NCBI RefSeq assembly: GCF_006345805.1
Contig: NC_043006.1
Coordinates: forward strand, 15,748,001-15,812,000
Direction of reading: 5' to 3'
Length of the DNA: 64,000 nt
Source of the DNA: Octopus sinensis
Taxonomy: Eukaryota
In this document: in pieces, positions 51,871 through 64,000 of the stretch
Position numbering within the stretch: the stretch's first letter is position 1
How the letters are laid out: the number at the start of each line of letters is the position of its first letter
Translations under genes and position numbers: made by a program
Notes under the pieces: model-generated
Databases searched by the model: none
What the model saw: only the letters and a program-made list of their open reading frames with translations
Told to the model about the DNA's origin: nothing

Positions 51871-52810
51871 CGAACAAAAACCTCTGCTTTGCAAATATGT
51901 GGCCCGTAGCAAATAAGCTGATGTAGAACAGAAGTACACCCAACAGTGGCTACGGAGCTCAGGGCTAAAGGCAGTAAGTGAAGGCTTTATTATGGCTGCT
52001 CAAGATCAGAGCTTATTGACCCGGAGCTATCAAGCCAATGTGATGAAAAATGGTGTAGACCCAAAGTGCCGATACTGCATCGATGGGATTGAAACAGTGA
52101 ACCACCTAATCTCTGGATGTAAGGTTTTAACACCTGCAAAGTACAAATCAAGGCATGACAGAGTTGGCCGATATCTGCAATGGATAAGGTGTCGGCATTC
52201 TAAAATCAAAACTGTTGACAAATGGTACAAGCACTACCCTGAGGCTGTAACTAAGTGAGAAAATTTAACTATTCTCTGGGACTTCCCAAAATGTACAGAC
52301 TGGACCATCAAAGCAAGTAAACCAGATATTGTTGTGAAAAAGCAAAATGGTAAAGTTTATTTATTGATTGACATGAGCATACCTTGTGACCATAATATCT
52401 CAGCAAAAGAATTTGATAAGCACAGAAAATACAAAGATTTGCTAAACGAAATCGAAAAGATGTGGAATCCCAAGACTGTCATAATACCAGTAATTGTAGG
52501 AGTACTTGGAATAATCAAAACAAGAACTGAAAATTATTTAAGAATGATCCCTGACTTACTATCCATGCAGGAAGTCTTAACTGTTACGTCACACGTATAT
52601 TGAGAAGAGCAGTGTCACTGAATTTTCTTTCCTTCTTCCCCACTTTGTGTTACTTCTTTACCTTTTTTATCGTTTATTTTGTCTTTTTTCTCTCTGTCTT
52701 CCCTTTTTTCTCTATCACATTACTTTCTAAATGAACAATCAGGTATGTTTATTTTAATGGCCTACTTAATGGACACTCAGCAATAAATGGAAAGAGAAGG
52801 ATGCTAATGA
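51871..52810 (+). mobile_element. 5'-truncated R4/Dong-like RLE retrotransposon (divergent family)
   Basis: AAQDQ, CRYC..GIETVNHLISGC, RHDRVG, PDIVV...IDMSIP...K..KYKDL restriction-like endonuclease motifs. Confidence 0.88.
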
Positions 52811-52821
52811 AAATAATAACG

Positions 52822-53314
52822 ACAGTAGTGTAAGGCAGTGGCTCCCATGGCTTTTAGTCTTAATTGATTGGAAGTGTTATCATGTACGTTGTTTTTTGTC
52901 TTGGTATAAAAGATGGGCTACAGCAAATATCCTGCTCAATACCACAGATTTGCTTGTCGGTTGAGCATGTCTCGTTGTGGCTGACGGTATGTGCATCTCT
53001 GATCACGAGCCATGTGTTGAGAGGTATTATTTGGAGTTTGGATAACTCGCCTTTGGAAACATCGGTGTTTCGTTCAACATCCTTAAAGAACCCTTATTCA
53101 GGGACCTTTTAAGTGGGATGAGCTACTCGACCTGAGGAAAATTCTAACTGGGCCCTCACCTGCTGTTTACCTTGTTATGAGATCATGTTTCACACATATG
53201 GTAGTGATGCATGCACCTGGTGTACCCTTATCAGACGGGTAGGCATGATGGGTATATTGGGCTTCGTATTTTTTACCCATTGTCACTTTGTTGCCATGCA
53301 CTGCTCTCTCACTC
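52822..53314 (+). mobile_element. Element E copy 3 (more diverged)
   Basis: Colinear with the other copies, with deletions; ends CTCTCACTC|AAT. Confidence 0.85.
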
Positions 53315-53359
53315 AATAATAATAATAATAATAATAATAATTATAATTATAATAATAAT

Positions 53360-53861
53360 AGGCACACACCAGAAAAGGTCACAGAAAACGAGAAAGCAAC
53401 CATACTCTGGGATATGCCGATACACACAGATAGAGAAATTAAGGCCAACAGACCAGATATAGTTGTCAGAGATCATGAAGAAAAAAATGCTTTCTAATTG
53501 ATGTATCAATACCGGCAGATGACAACGTTTCTCTAAAAGAAATGGAGAAACTCTCAAAATACAAAGACCTGGAAACAGAGGTAACTAGAATGTGGAATCT
53601 GAAAATCAGAAACGATTCCTATCATAGTAGGTGCATTAGGCATGATAAAAAAATATTCAGACAAATGCATAACAAAAACACCAGGACTTACAAACACATA
53701 TAACATACAGAAAATTGCACTACTAAGCACTGCACACATCCTACGCAGAACACTTTCCATACAATAACCATCAGAGCATCACAACAAATCACAGCACAAA
53801 CCCAAGGCACACAGAGCTGCGCTCGGTAGTGAAGTGAAAGCACGCTATAAAAATAAAACTA

Positions 53862-53864
<3 letters not shown>
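53360..53864 (+). mobile_element. 5'-truncated R4/Dong-like copy
   Basis: Highly similar to 57581-58084; flanked by (AAT)n. Confidence 0.92.
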
Positions 53865-53948
<84 letters not shown>

Positions 53949-53949
<1 letters not shown>

Positions 53950-56900
53950 GGAGAACACCGGGGGACGTTTAAGATGTAAGAACGATAAAACAGAGCTCCG
54001 AAATCTATCCACAAACATCGAAAACAAAGACATCGTATGGAGCCAAAAATTTACTAACAAAGGATTGGACTATATCCGAGTAAGTAATACTCATTGAAAT
54101 TTATTACTATTTTCGAAACGAAATGATGTATTTTAACTCGATATCATCTCCACCTCTAACACAACACATGTAAACATGCGTGAAACATTACGATCCATCA
54201 ACACCAGATCATCCCCCACCCCAAACACCATGTACAAAGGAACTACGAAGAAATTAAATACCACCGATATTATTCAACCCAAGAATAACAATCGGGAAGT
54301 ACGTACTTTAAACTTACAACACAAAATGTACGAAAAACTACACGTGCAAAACAATGTGACAACAGAAATGAACGGACCGGTACCCTACGAAAATGACGAC
54401 CGTCAAAATAATGGGCCGGACGTTGTTCCTCATGTCCCGCAAATAAAACCCAAAAGACATAAATGGACACGTGAGGAATACATTTCTATCCTACCCAAAA
54501 AATGAAAACACAACACATACATAAAAAATATGGAAGGAGAATAACATAAATATAGACTTGGATACAGCAATGAGCCCTAATTAACTAGCTAACGTACGAA
54601 GATACATTCTCAACGCAAAAAATATCAGAAATAGAAATAGAACATCTAAAAGAAAAATTACACCAGGAAAATGTAGATAGAAGCCACACAACAATGCCCA
54701 ATAATATAAACACTGAAACAGTAAAACAGGAAGACAAACGTAACATTCCCAACAAACACGATGTAAACAAAAAAACAACAAACCCAGACCGTAAGGATAC
54801 ATAATAATACACGACAAACAGCAAGCCAAAATACGACAAACAAACATAAATAAGAAAGAAAGCGACACAAATCTAAAACCTGGAAACAACGAAGGGGAGC
54901 TTAATGATCATGATAATATAAAAAGTAAAATAATCAAAGAACTGAAAACCACAGAGCTCAAAATGGACCACCGACCATACCTCCCCAAAATCAAAATAGA
55001 CGAAACAACAACACCAATTATAAACAGCATAAACCTAGCCGTCACGGAAATAATAGCCACTGAAACAAAAAGCGATATCACTGAGCTAAATGACTTAGTA
55101 TACACAGCAGCCATCGCAGCCACAAAAGAAGCTGGATGCTCACTCAAACCCGTCCAAACAGGAGTACCACCACCCAAACAAGCCCTGTAGATAAATATCA
55201 TCCAAAACAAAATACAAAAAATGAGAAAAGACCTGTCGATTCTTAATGAAATCAGCAAACAATCAACGCTACTGAGCAACAAAAAGAAAACAAAAATACT
55301 CCGCAAATATAGCATCACAGAAAAAGATTTACCTGAGATAAAAGAAAAGCTGAAGCAAGATATCCTTGCCAAAGCACAAAGGATCCGCCGGTACGAGAAA
55401 CGCCAGCGCTTCTTTGAACAAAACAAAAAGTTCAACTACAACCCCCAAAAGTTCTACCAAGAACTTGGCAAAAATAAAATAGAAATCACTGCAGCACCAA
55501 CGGCAGAGGAAGTGGAAGAATTCTGGAGAGAAATATGGTCGGCGAACGAACAACCAAAAAAAAGGAGTATTAAAACAAACTCAGCATCTGAGCAACTTTG
55601 GGCCTCCATAACAACTGAAGAGGTCACCCAGGCACTGCAAAGACTAAGCAACTGGAAGGCACCTGGGCATGACAAGATCCCCAACTTCTGGTTGAAATAT
55701 CTAACAGGAATGCACAAAAAGCTGGCTGAAAATTTTAACAACATACTAGCAGAGTCAGAGACAATGCCTGAATGGCTCACGAAGGGGAAAACCATCTTAA
55801 TTCCCAAATCAAAGGAGACAGCATAACCAGAAAACTACAGAACAATAACCTGTCTCCCTACAATGTACAAGGCATTTAATGCAGTGATATCGCAAAGGTT
55901 GAACAAGCACCTGGACGAAAAGAGCCTGTTTCCAGAAGAGCAGAAAGGATGCCGCAAAGGCTCATATGGCTGTAAAGATCAACTAATGATTAATAAAGCC
56001 ATAACTGAAGACAGCCACAGAAAGAAGAAAGGTCTCAGTATGGTCTGGATCGACTACAAAAAGGCGTTTGATAGCATCCCCCACACATGGATCCTCGAAA
56101 CACTAGCCATTAACAAAGTAGCACCAACAATTATAAAATTCATAGGGCACTCTATGAATAAATGGCAAACAGTGTTACAGCTCAAAACAAAAGAGGGACT
56201 CGTGAAAACCAAAGCCATCTCCATTAGAAGAGGAATATTCCAGGGAGACACGGTCTCTCCACTCCTTTTCTGCTTGGCACTGTCACCTCTATCTCATATG
56301 CTAAATAGAACTGGATGCGGATATAAATGTTACGGCAAAACGATCAGCCACCTTTTATATATGGATGACCTAAAACTATACGCTGCAAATGACAAACAGC
56401 TGGAAACACTATTAAAGACAGTTCATGGATTTACCAAAGAAATAGATATGAAATTTGGGTTAGAAAAATAGGCCAAAGTAACCCTGAAAAGAGGAAAACT
56501 AGTTAAGAGTAGCAACATCACACTAGATAAAACCAATGAAATAAAAGAATTAGACCAAAGCCAAACTTACAAATACTTAGGAATCCATGAACTAGATAAG
56601 ACACAACACACACAAATGAAAGAGAAAATGAAAAAAGAATATTATAGACGAGTTAGATCAATCCTAAAAACAGAGCTCAATGCTAAAAACAAGATAATAG
56701 GTATTAACACTTTAGCTGTCCCAGTTATAAGTTACAGCTACAATATCCTTAACTGGATACTAAATGAACTCACCAAAATAGATAGGAAAACAAGAAAAAT
56801 AATGACAGGATCTAGGATGCATCACCCAAAATCTGACATAGAAAGACTATATATACAACGTATAGAAGGTGGTAGAGGCCTTATACAGCTGGAAAACTAC

Positions 56901-58081
56901 TATAAAATAACCACCATAGGACTATAAAAATATCTACTTCAGAAGGAAGGAAAACTGATACAAATAGCGGCAAAACACGAGCAAACCAAAAAACTGTTCT
57001 CAGTATTTAAGGAAGCTGACAAATACAAACAAGAAATCATACCACCTAATAAATATGAAGAAGAAGAAGAAGAAGAAGAAGAAGAAGAAGAAGAAGAAGA
57101 GAAGAAGAAGAAGAAGAAGAAGAAGAAGAAGAAGGAGAAGAAGAAGAAACAACAAAAGCTATAAAACAAATGAAATCCAAACTAAAAATAGAACAGCAAC
57201 GAACCATGATAAAACGATGGCAAGAAAAAGCCCCTTCATGGTAAATACTGGACTAAACTACACGCAAAAGAAATAGACAAAGAAAAATCCCAGCAATGGT
57301 TGAGAAGCTCAGGACTCAAAGCAGAGACAGAGGGATTTTTAATTGCAGCACAAGACCAAAGCCTCCCCACCAGAAATTACCAAAAACACGTAATGAAAAG
57401 AAATATAACAAGTAACTGCAGAATATGTGGAGATGGACAAGAAACAATTAATCATATTATCTCTGGCTGCCCAGTCCTGGCTAAGAAGGAATATATTCAC
57501 AGACATGACAGAGTTGGAACCTACATACACTGGAAGCTATGCCAACATTATGGAATAAACAACAGAAAAAAGATGGTATAGGCACACACCAGAAAAGGTC
57601 ACAGAAAACGAGAAAGCAACCATACTCTGGGATATGCCGATACACACAGATAGAGAAATTAAGGCCAATAGACCAGATATAGTTGTCAGAGAGCATGAAG
57701 GAAAAAAATGCTTCCTAATTGATGTATCAATACCAGCAGATGACAACGTTTCTCTAAAAGAAATGGCGACACTTTCAAAATACAAAAACCTGGAAATAGA
57801 GGTAACTCAAATGAGGAATCTAAAAACAGAAACAATTCCTATCATAATGGGCATGTTAGGTATGATAAAAAAATATTCAGACAAATACTTAACAAAAACA
57901 CCAGGACTTACAAACACATATAACATACAGAAAATTGCACTACTAGGCACTGCACACATCCTACGCAGAACACTTTCCATACAATAACCATCAGAGCATC
58001 ACAACAAATCACAGCACATGCCTAAGGCACACAGAGCTGCGCTCGGTAGTGAAGTGAAAGCATGCTATAAAAATAAAACTA

Positions 58082-58084
<3 letters not shown>
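53949..58084 (+). mobile_element. Near full-length decayed R4/Dong-like non-LTR retrotransposon (RT + CCHC + RLE)
   Basis: RHKWTREEY; WKAPGHDKI; WIDYKKAFDSIPH; GIFQGDTVSP; HLLYMDDLKLY; CRICG..ETINHIISGC; RHDRVG; RPDIVV; several stops and frameshifts; (AAT)n both sides. Confidence 0.93.
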
Positions 58085-58136
<52 letters not shown>

Positions 58137-58203
58137 TAATAATAATAATAATAATAATATAATAATAATAATAATAATGATGATAATAATAATAATAATA
58201 ATA

Positions 58204-58255
<52 letters not shown>
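58085..58255. repeat. (AAT)n array at the Dong 3' junction
   Basis: Direct reading. Confidence 0.95.
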
Positions 58256-58615
58256 GTCATATGATATGCCTAGTACGATGGCATATTTAGATATATCTAA
58301 TATCCATGTTTCGTGAAAATTTTAAGTGAATGGAATAAATATTTCATAAATTATGAGGAAATAAGCAATTCTGCAAATTGCAGCGTCCGTTTAAGCGTGG
58401 AATTGAAGTTTAATGCGATTGTTTCATGTGGCTAGATGTACGTCGGACGACGAGGTAACGAAAGATTATCTCGTGCATGTGTGCAGTATAAAGTGAAATA
58501 TGGAGGAGACAGTGTAAGTGTACAGGGAGTGATCTCTGCTGCTGGTCTTGGTTTACTTATTCGCCTTCAAGGGACTGTCAATGCAGAAATCTACATTCTT
58601 TTTTCTTGCATCATG

Positions 58616-58720
58616 TAGCTCACCTGCGACGGACCGGCGTCCCGTCCAGGTGGGAAACCTATACGCCAAGGAAACCGGGAAACCGGCCCTTATGAGCCAG
58701 GCATGGCTCAAGAAGGAATA
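58616..58720 (+). mobile_element. SINE group C tail (T2 variant) fragment
   Basis: GGCGTCCCGTCCAG...GAAACCGGGAAACCGGCCC matches 33050-33120. Confidence 0.7.
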
Positions 58721-58721
58721 A

Positions 58722-58923
58722 ACATGGGCTACTGAGAGATTGAAAGAACTGTGTCTCTATTCACTGGAGAGGAGACATGAGAGATATATAATGCTATACA
58801 TGTGGAAAATAATGATGGGGTCTTGCTCTAAATTTTGGAATTGAAATCTACAGCAATACCCGCACTGGACGGCACTCCACAGTAGCAATGGTCCCATCTT
58901 CTCCATCGAAGATACGAACCCAA
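58722..58923 (+). mobile_element. CR1-clade RT C-terminal fragment
   Basis: ERLKELCLYSLERRHERYIMLYMWKI resembles the CR1 motif at 16550-16625. Confidence 0.7.
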
Positions 58924-59564
58924 TATTCGCCTTCAAGGGACTGTCAATGCAGAAATCTACAAGCAGATTCTTGAACCGCATGCCCTTCCACATCTCAGAT
59001 CCTTGTCAATTCAACCTCCTATCTGCGTGCAGGACAACGCTCCCTGTCACACTACGAAGAGTTTCAAAGATTTTTTGAGTGATGAAAGGGTTGATCTCAT
59101 AGACTGACCGCCTCAAAGCCCCGATCTGAACACTATAGAAAACGTTTGAAAGATTATTGGAGAAGAGGCATGAAGGAGAAATCTAAAGAACCAAGGTGAA
59201 CTCTGAGAATTATTGAAAAGAAAATGGAACAATATTACTCCATCATTTTGCAAGAAATTCAGTCCCGTGGTAACAGATGTCAGGAGATCATTGATAGTAA
59301 AGGGATGTTCACAAAATATTAATAGTAAGGGTTACTTTTTTGTTCTTGTTCTATTTTTCATTGCTTTTCTAAGTGACCCTTAACTTTCGGCCATTGCAGT
59401 TTGCAAGATCATTTGTTTATTTTCTCATAGCTTATGAAATATTTATTCCATTCACTTGAAATCTTCACAAAGGATAGATATTAGATATATCTAAATATGC
59501 GTAAAATATCTAGTTTCAACGTTTTGTTAAGATTCTATAATAAATATTTCAATATACTTGCTCT

Positions 59565-59692
59565 TAATACAGTTCTATATTTAAGAGATGAGGAATTATG
59601 TACATTATTTTCATTGTTTACAATTGACGGATATTTGTCCTCATCTTGTTTGTTATACCTTCCAGCCTTCATCAGGTGTCTTGGAGAAATTT
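59565..59692 (-). mobile_element. Hammerhead-core tail (same family as 27848-27970), GAAAC deleted
   Basis: Shared TAATACAGTTCTATATTTAAGAGATGAGG and CCAGCCTTCATCAGGTGTCTTGG. Confidence 0.8.
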
Positions 59693-59824
59693 ATAAAGTT
59701 ATATTTTAAGATACATTATGACGCTACATATAATAGTATTTTAAGATGAATCCAAAATATTTACGGTGACTAGATTAAAATCCTATTGGCTAAGTATTTT
59801 GGGGGAAGAATTTAAAAGTTGAAA

Positions 59825-61465
59825 GATATTTATGTCTACAAGCAATTATGACATCTGGTATATTAAGTTGTTTCTGTTTTTTTTGCACGGAGTATGTGAA
59901 TCGCCTCCTTCGTGCATAAATTGCAATTTTTAGTGTGTCTATTATATGGTGTGGTTCCCGTTATGATAGACCAAGCTAGACTAAATTCTTTATTGCGCAT
60001 TTTTAATTTATTGATTTCGGTAACTAGTGTGGTTGAAGATTTTGGTTCGTGATTGAGAAATGAATTTGTGTGTGCCCTATATCTAATCTTAAAGTCAGTC
60101 GTACTTCATATGTATATCTTTTTAGGTTCATTAAGGGTTGAAACCAGAACTTTATATACGCCATTTCTCCTTAAGCAAAATCCTTTGAAGGGACATAGCT
60201 CCCTATTACGACAATTACATGTTTTATTTCCAGGCTTACAATTTCTGTTTTTAATATCAGGTTTCATATTATTATTCTTCATATAAAGCTCACCTATATT
60301 ATCATATCTATTAATACTGTTATTTCTAAGTTTAAGTCTATTGTTGGCCGCGATTATAGACCCTAAATTGGGTGTGGTTGAATACGACAATTTAAGGCAG
60401 GATCTACTGAATATAGAATGATATTTATGGCCTGGTGGGAAGTTCCTACTGATAATCCTAAAATAATAATTTCCCGCCTCCTACCCGAGTTGATCCTATT
60501 CTGCCCAGTATCGTTATTGTTATTATAATTAAATAAATTATAGTGTCTTCTAAAATGTTGTTGGTTCCTATATTCGGGCGGGGGATTGTTTATGAGAGGT
60601 GTACCGATGCTTAAATTCGCAATATTTCGAAAACGTTTGCCTAATGTATTTTTAAATATGATGTTCTTAATATAGTTTATCTTCCTACTTAATCCACTGC
60701 CTTTTAATGTTGTATTATAAAGGGGTACAAAATCATCGAAGATCTTTTCGTTTGCAGATAAGTTAGATATTCTTATCGACACACTTTTGATTATCCCCTT
60801 AGAGACACTTTGGGAATGATTTGATAAGACGTGGATATACTTAATAGTTTTATTAGGCTTATGGTAAGGATAGAATAAGCTGTCATCAAAACTTAAAGTT
60901 ACGTCCAATATGTTAACACATTTTGGACATTTTCGAATATAATGTCTAAGTTGTATAACTTTAAAAATTTGATTAATCTTTTCCATATCCTATCAGTTGT
61001 CTGTGAGGAGGAGCCACATATAGTGAATAAGGCATCGTCTCTATACAGACCTCCGTTGATGTTAGGGAATTCTTCCTTAATTTTTTAGAGTAAAAATAGG
61101 CCAACAATATCTGTGACCTGGGTAGAGTCCGTGCTTCCCATTGTAACATCAAAGTCGTCATGAAGGTCACATCGTGCCCAAGTCTTATTTCTGAAGGATA
61201 TCAGTGTTATTCTTGCGGTAAAAATAATATTTTGCTTTAATGGTGTAATACTAGTAAAATTTTCCCCCAAAGTAATTGCTTTCTCGAGTAAATCAGGTTT
61301 AATATATTGGTAGTAATTACTAACGTCGAATTGTATAAAGCGAGTTTTCCTTTTATTATTCTAAGTGCAAAACCAGGTTATGACATGTGTTTAAGGAGAA
61401 ATGTCGTATATTAAGTTGAGGTTTCAATGAATATGAATATCGACCTTTGAAACTTTTTCCTAATC
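59825..61465 (-). mobile_element. Decayed Penelope-like element, Naiad-like (RT + C-terminal GIY-YIG)
   Basis: FIQFDV, FDVTMGS, GLYRDD, ILDVTL, YPYHKPN, YIHVLSNH, CNCRNRELCPFKGFC, YI*STT.FK.RY..H, CNLC, CRHK. Confidence 0.88.
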
Positions 61466-61466
61466 T

Positions 61467-61538
<72 letters not shown>

Positions 61539-63143
61539 AATGTATGTATATATACACACATACATGCATATATGTTTACATACAACGTTAATTATATTAT
61601 TTTTCATACTTTTATAAATATTTCCAACGGAAAATAAGAAACGCCTGCGATGTTTTCTTTTATTGATGTTATGATACAAACGAAAATATTTTATTCATTT
61701 GTTACAATAATGTGCTTAGAGTTGTTGGTAAATATTCACGCTGGATTTCAATATACTTTGGTTCCATTTCATTGAGCACTTCAGTGTCAACGTTCTTCTA
61801 TGTGCATAGATTCTTTAATATTGTTCTGAGAATGGCACGCACATTCAATCGGATTAAGGTGACTGATTGACAAGCAGACGACACCTGTCAAACATATGAG
61901 ATTTAAAAAACGTACAAAACTGGTTAAGCCTCACATGTTTCCATTATTTAATTGCTTCATTAGTCAATATTGTTACTGTAGCATCACTGAAATAAATACA
62001 AGGATGTAAGAGATAGGATAAAAAAAGACGTATGATTTTTTTAAATGTTGGTTTATATAGTAAAACAAATTCTTATAATCGCATATGTCTTACACTGTAA
62101 GTTGCTTACTGAAATGCAAGAAGACTTACATATAATCTTGGTATTAACTTAACAAAGCGAACGATAAGAATAAATAAGAAGAAACGGTTATTTTGTCTGA
62201 ACGGTGAATCCTTAAATTCACATCTTTGTACAATATATATCATTGTAGTTAATATATTTCAAGATGCCTCATGTAACACAGAACGGAATATATGTATTAT
62301 GTAAGAATTAATAAGAATTAATCGTTTTAAAGCATGAAATATGCCCTCTTCCAAGTTCATTCATCTATAAATTATCTCACTCCTATATTCATATACATAT
62401 TTGTGTGTGCGCGCGCATGCCTGTGTGCGTGTGTGTCTGTGTGTATGTTTAAATATAGTAAATATATACATGTTGATGCGTTGTCGGTCGATCGATATAT
62501 GTTCATGCATTTATATATTTTATATAGAAGCATTTAGGAATATTTCTGCACACAATTCACTGATATTAAATTCAATGTGTACACGAAAACTGAGATAAAA
62601 GGCGTGTAGAAGTATACTTTAGTGCTTGCCAAATAAGGTATGAACTGCATGATAACTATATGCTTATATCTGTATCTCAAACACACATATACATACTCGC
62701 TCACACGCACACACATATCTCACCATCTCCGCATCTCTTTCTCTCTCTCTGTCTAGATATTTGCGCGTACTTATGTATGTATGTGTGTGTGTATGTGTGT
62801 ATGTATGTGTGTATGTATGTGTGTATGTGTGTACGTGTGTATGTATGTGTGTATGTATGTGTGTGTGAGTGTGTGTGTGTGTATGTCTGTGTATGTGTGT
62901 GTATGTGTATGTGTGTGTGTGTATGTGTATGTGTGTGTGTGTATGTATGTAGGTAGAGCAAATTATGAGTTAGAGGTTATGCAGCCATCTCAGGGATACA
63001 TGTATACTTAGACCTCGATTTGATAAACCGAAACAGCTGTAAATGGTTCCGAACTACAATTAAACAATGACTTTTTAATACCAATGATCAACTTCTTATT
63101 GTTAATTATTGCTCCATTTCTTTTCTCTTCTTTTATATATATA

Positions 63144-63534
63144 CTAGCAGTATCGCCCGGCGTTGCTCGGGTTTGTAAGGGAAATAACTATATAAGCATT
63201 TTTAGAGATGTAAAGTATAATAGCCATCTCAATATGGCTAACCACAAAGGGGGGTTACTGTAGCTTTTTACGTTCTGAGATTTAATAATAAATTTTTAGA
63301 GAGTTACTTCCCTTATATATGCCAAAAATGCATTAAAAATGGGAAAAATTGATGGTAATTTTTTTTAAATCGTAGACTCATCGTAGACGCGCGCTAATAC
63401 CCAGAAGGGCTCGATATGAATCCCGACTATAAGATACCCGGTTTTGGTTAAACTGCACCGCAAAATGTGGGAGTAGTTAGGAATCGAAATCGTAGGAGAC
63501 AGACAGCACACAACCTCTCTTTTATATATAACGA
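63144..63534 (-). mobile_element. Non-autonomous Helitron
   Basis: Reverse complement of 18423-18819 with intact termini. Confidence 0.9.
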
Positions 63535-63562
63535 TATATATATATATATATATACATACATA

Positions 63563-63596
<34 letters not shown>

Positions 63597-63650
63597 ATAA
63601 ATACATACTTATAAAGCTATATGATTGACATACAAACTTGCCAAACTTAC

Positions 63651-63746
63651 CTGTTTCTCCTTACACGATATATGATAAACAAGCCTGAACAGATTTTCGG
63701 CAGTCATTGGGATCTTCTCAGAGGTGTCTACATCACTTGATCAATC
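63651..63746 (-). CDS. Candidate first coding exon (ATG 63707: MTAENLFRLVYHISCKEKQ)
   Basis: tttctctag acceptor and CAG|gtaagt donor; stops in all three frames before the ATG. Confidence 0.3.
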
Positions 63747-64000
63747 CTAGAGAAATATGTAGCCTATCTTTTTATATACCTATCATATCAATTAGTTCCA
63801 GCTTCCCGGGGTTTACTTATTTTAACATTATATTTCTTTTGACGTTATATCTAAAATCACAAGGTTCTCAACGAGATACCCAGTCCCTACAATATCAAGG
63901 TATGAAATACGGTATGGAAATGTACATCGTAGGAAACAGGAAAAATTTATCAATTTCTCAGTAGATTTCTTTTTTAAATAATGAACATCCTTAATTAATT

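Larger units (their letters stand above)
58385..59400 (+). mobile_element. Decayed Tc1-family (DD34E) transposon, 5'-truncated and interrupted
   Basis: YVGRR..ER, VKYGG, QDNAPCH, PPQSPDLNTIENV motifs; TIR-like end ACTTTCGGCCATTGCAGT. Confidence 0.85.

Noticed and set aside
60104-60110. In-frame TGA in the Naiad-like endonuclease as possible selenocysteine
   Set aside because: Some Naiads are reported to encode Sec, but this TGA replaces the Gly of YIG, the zinc-finger Cys codons are TGT/TGC, and the copy has other lesions

Overview
AT-rich, microsatellite-dense eukaryotic DNA. The SINE repertoire and the CA/TA/AAT simple repeats fit an octopod cephalopod (recognised by eye, no database search). 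No complete host gene is visible, only a few low-confidence candidate exons. Most identifiable sequence is mobile DNA: three groups of tRNA-derived SINEs, decayed mariner, Tc1 and Chapaev-like transposons, a pogo-type MITE, three non-autonomous Helitrons, and fragments of CR1, RTE, L1/Tx1 and Penelope-like (PLE) elements. Main leads: (1) about 15 hammerhead-ribozyme (HHR)-like motifs from several unrelated repeat families, with recurring non-canonical cores (U.U closing stem II; A6U) and one pair inside a ~430-bp palindrome; (2) a composite tRNA-head/(AAT)n/HHR-tail element directly behind a Penelope GIY-YIG ORF; (3) a ~7-kb same-orientation stack of R4/Dong-like retrotransposons and a ~550-bp non-coding element, all inside (AAT)n arrays; (4) a SINE whose 3' tail matches the 3' end of an L1/Tx1 LINE in the window. 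All folds and alignments were done by hand; coordinates of decayed elements are approximate.
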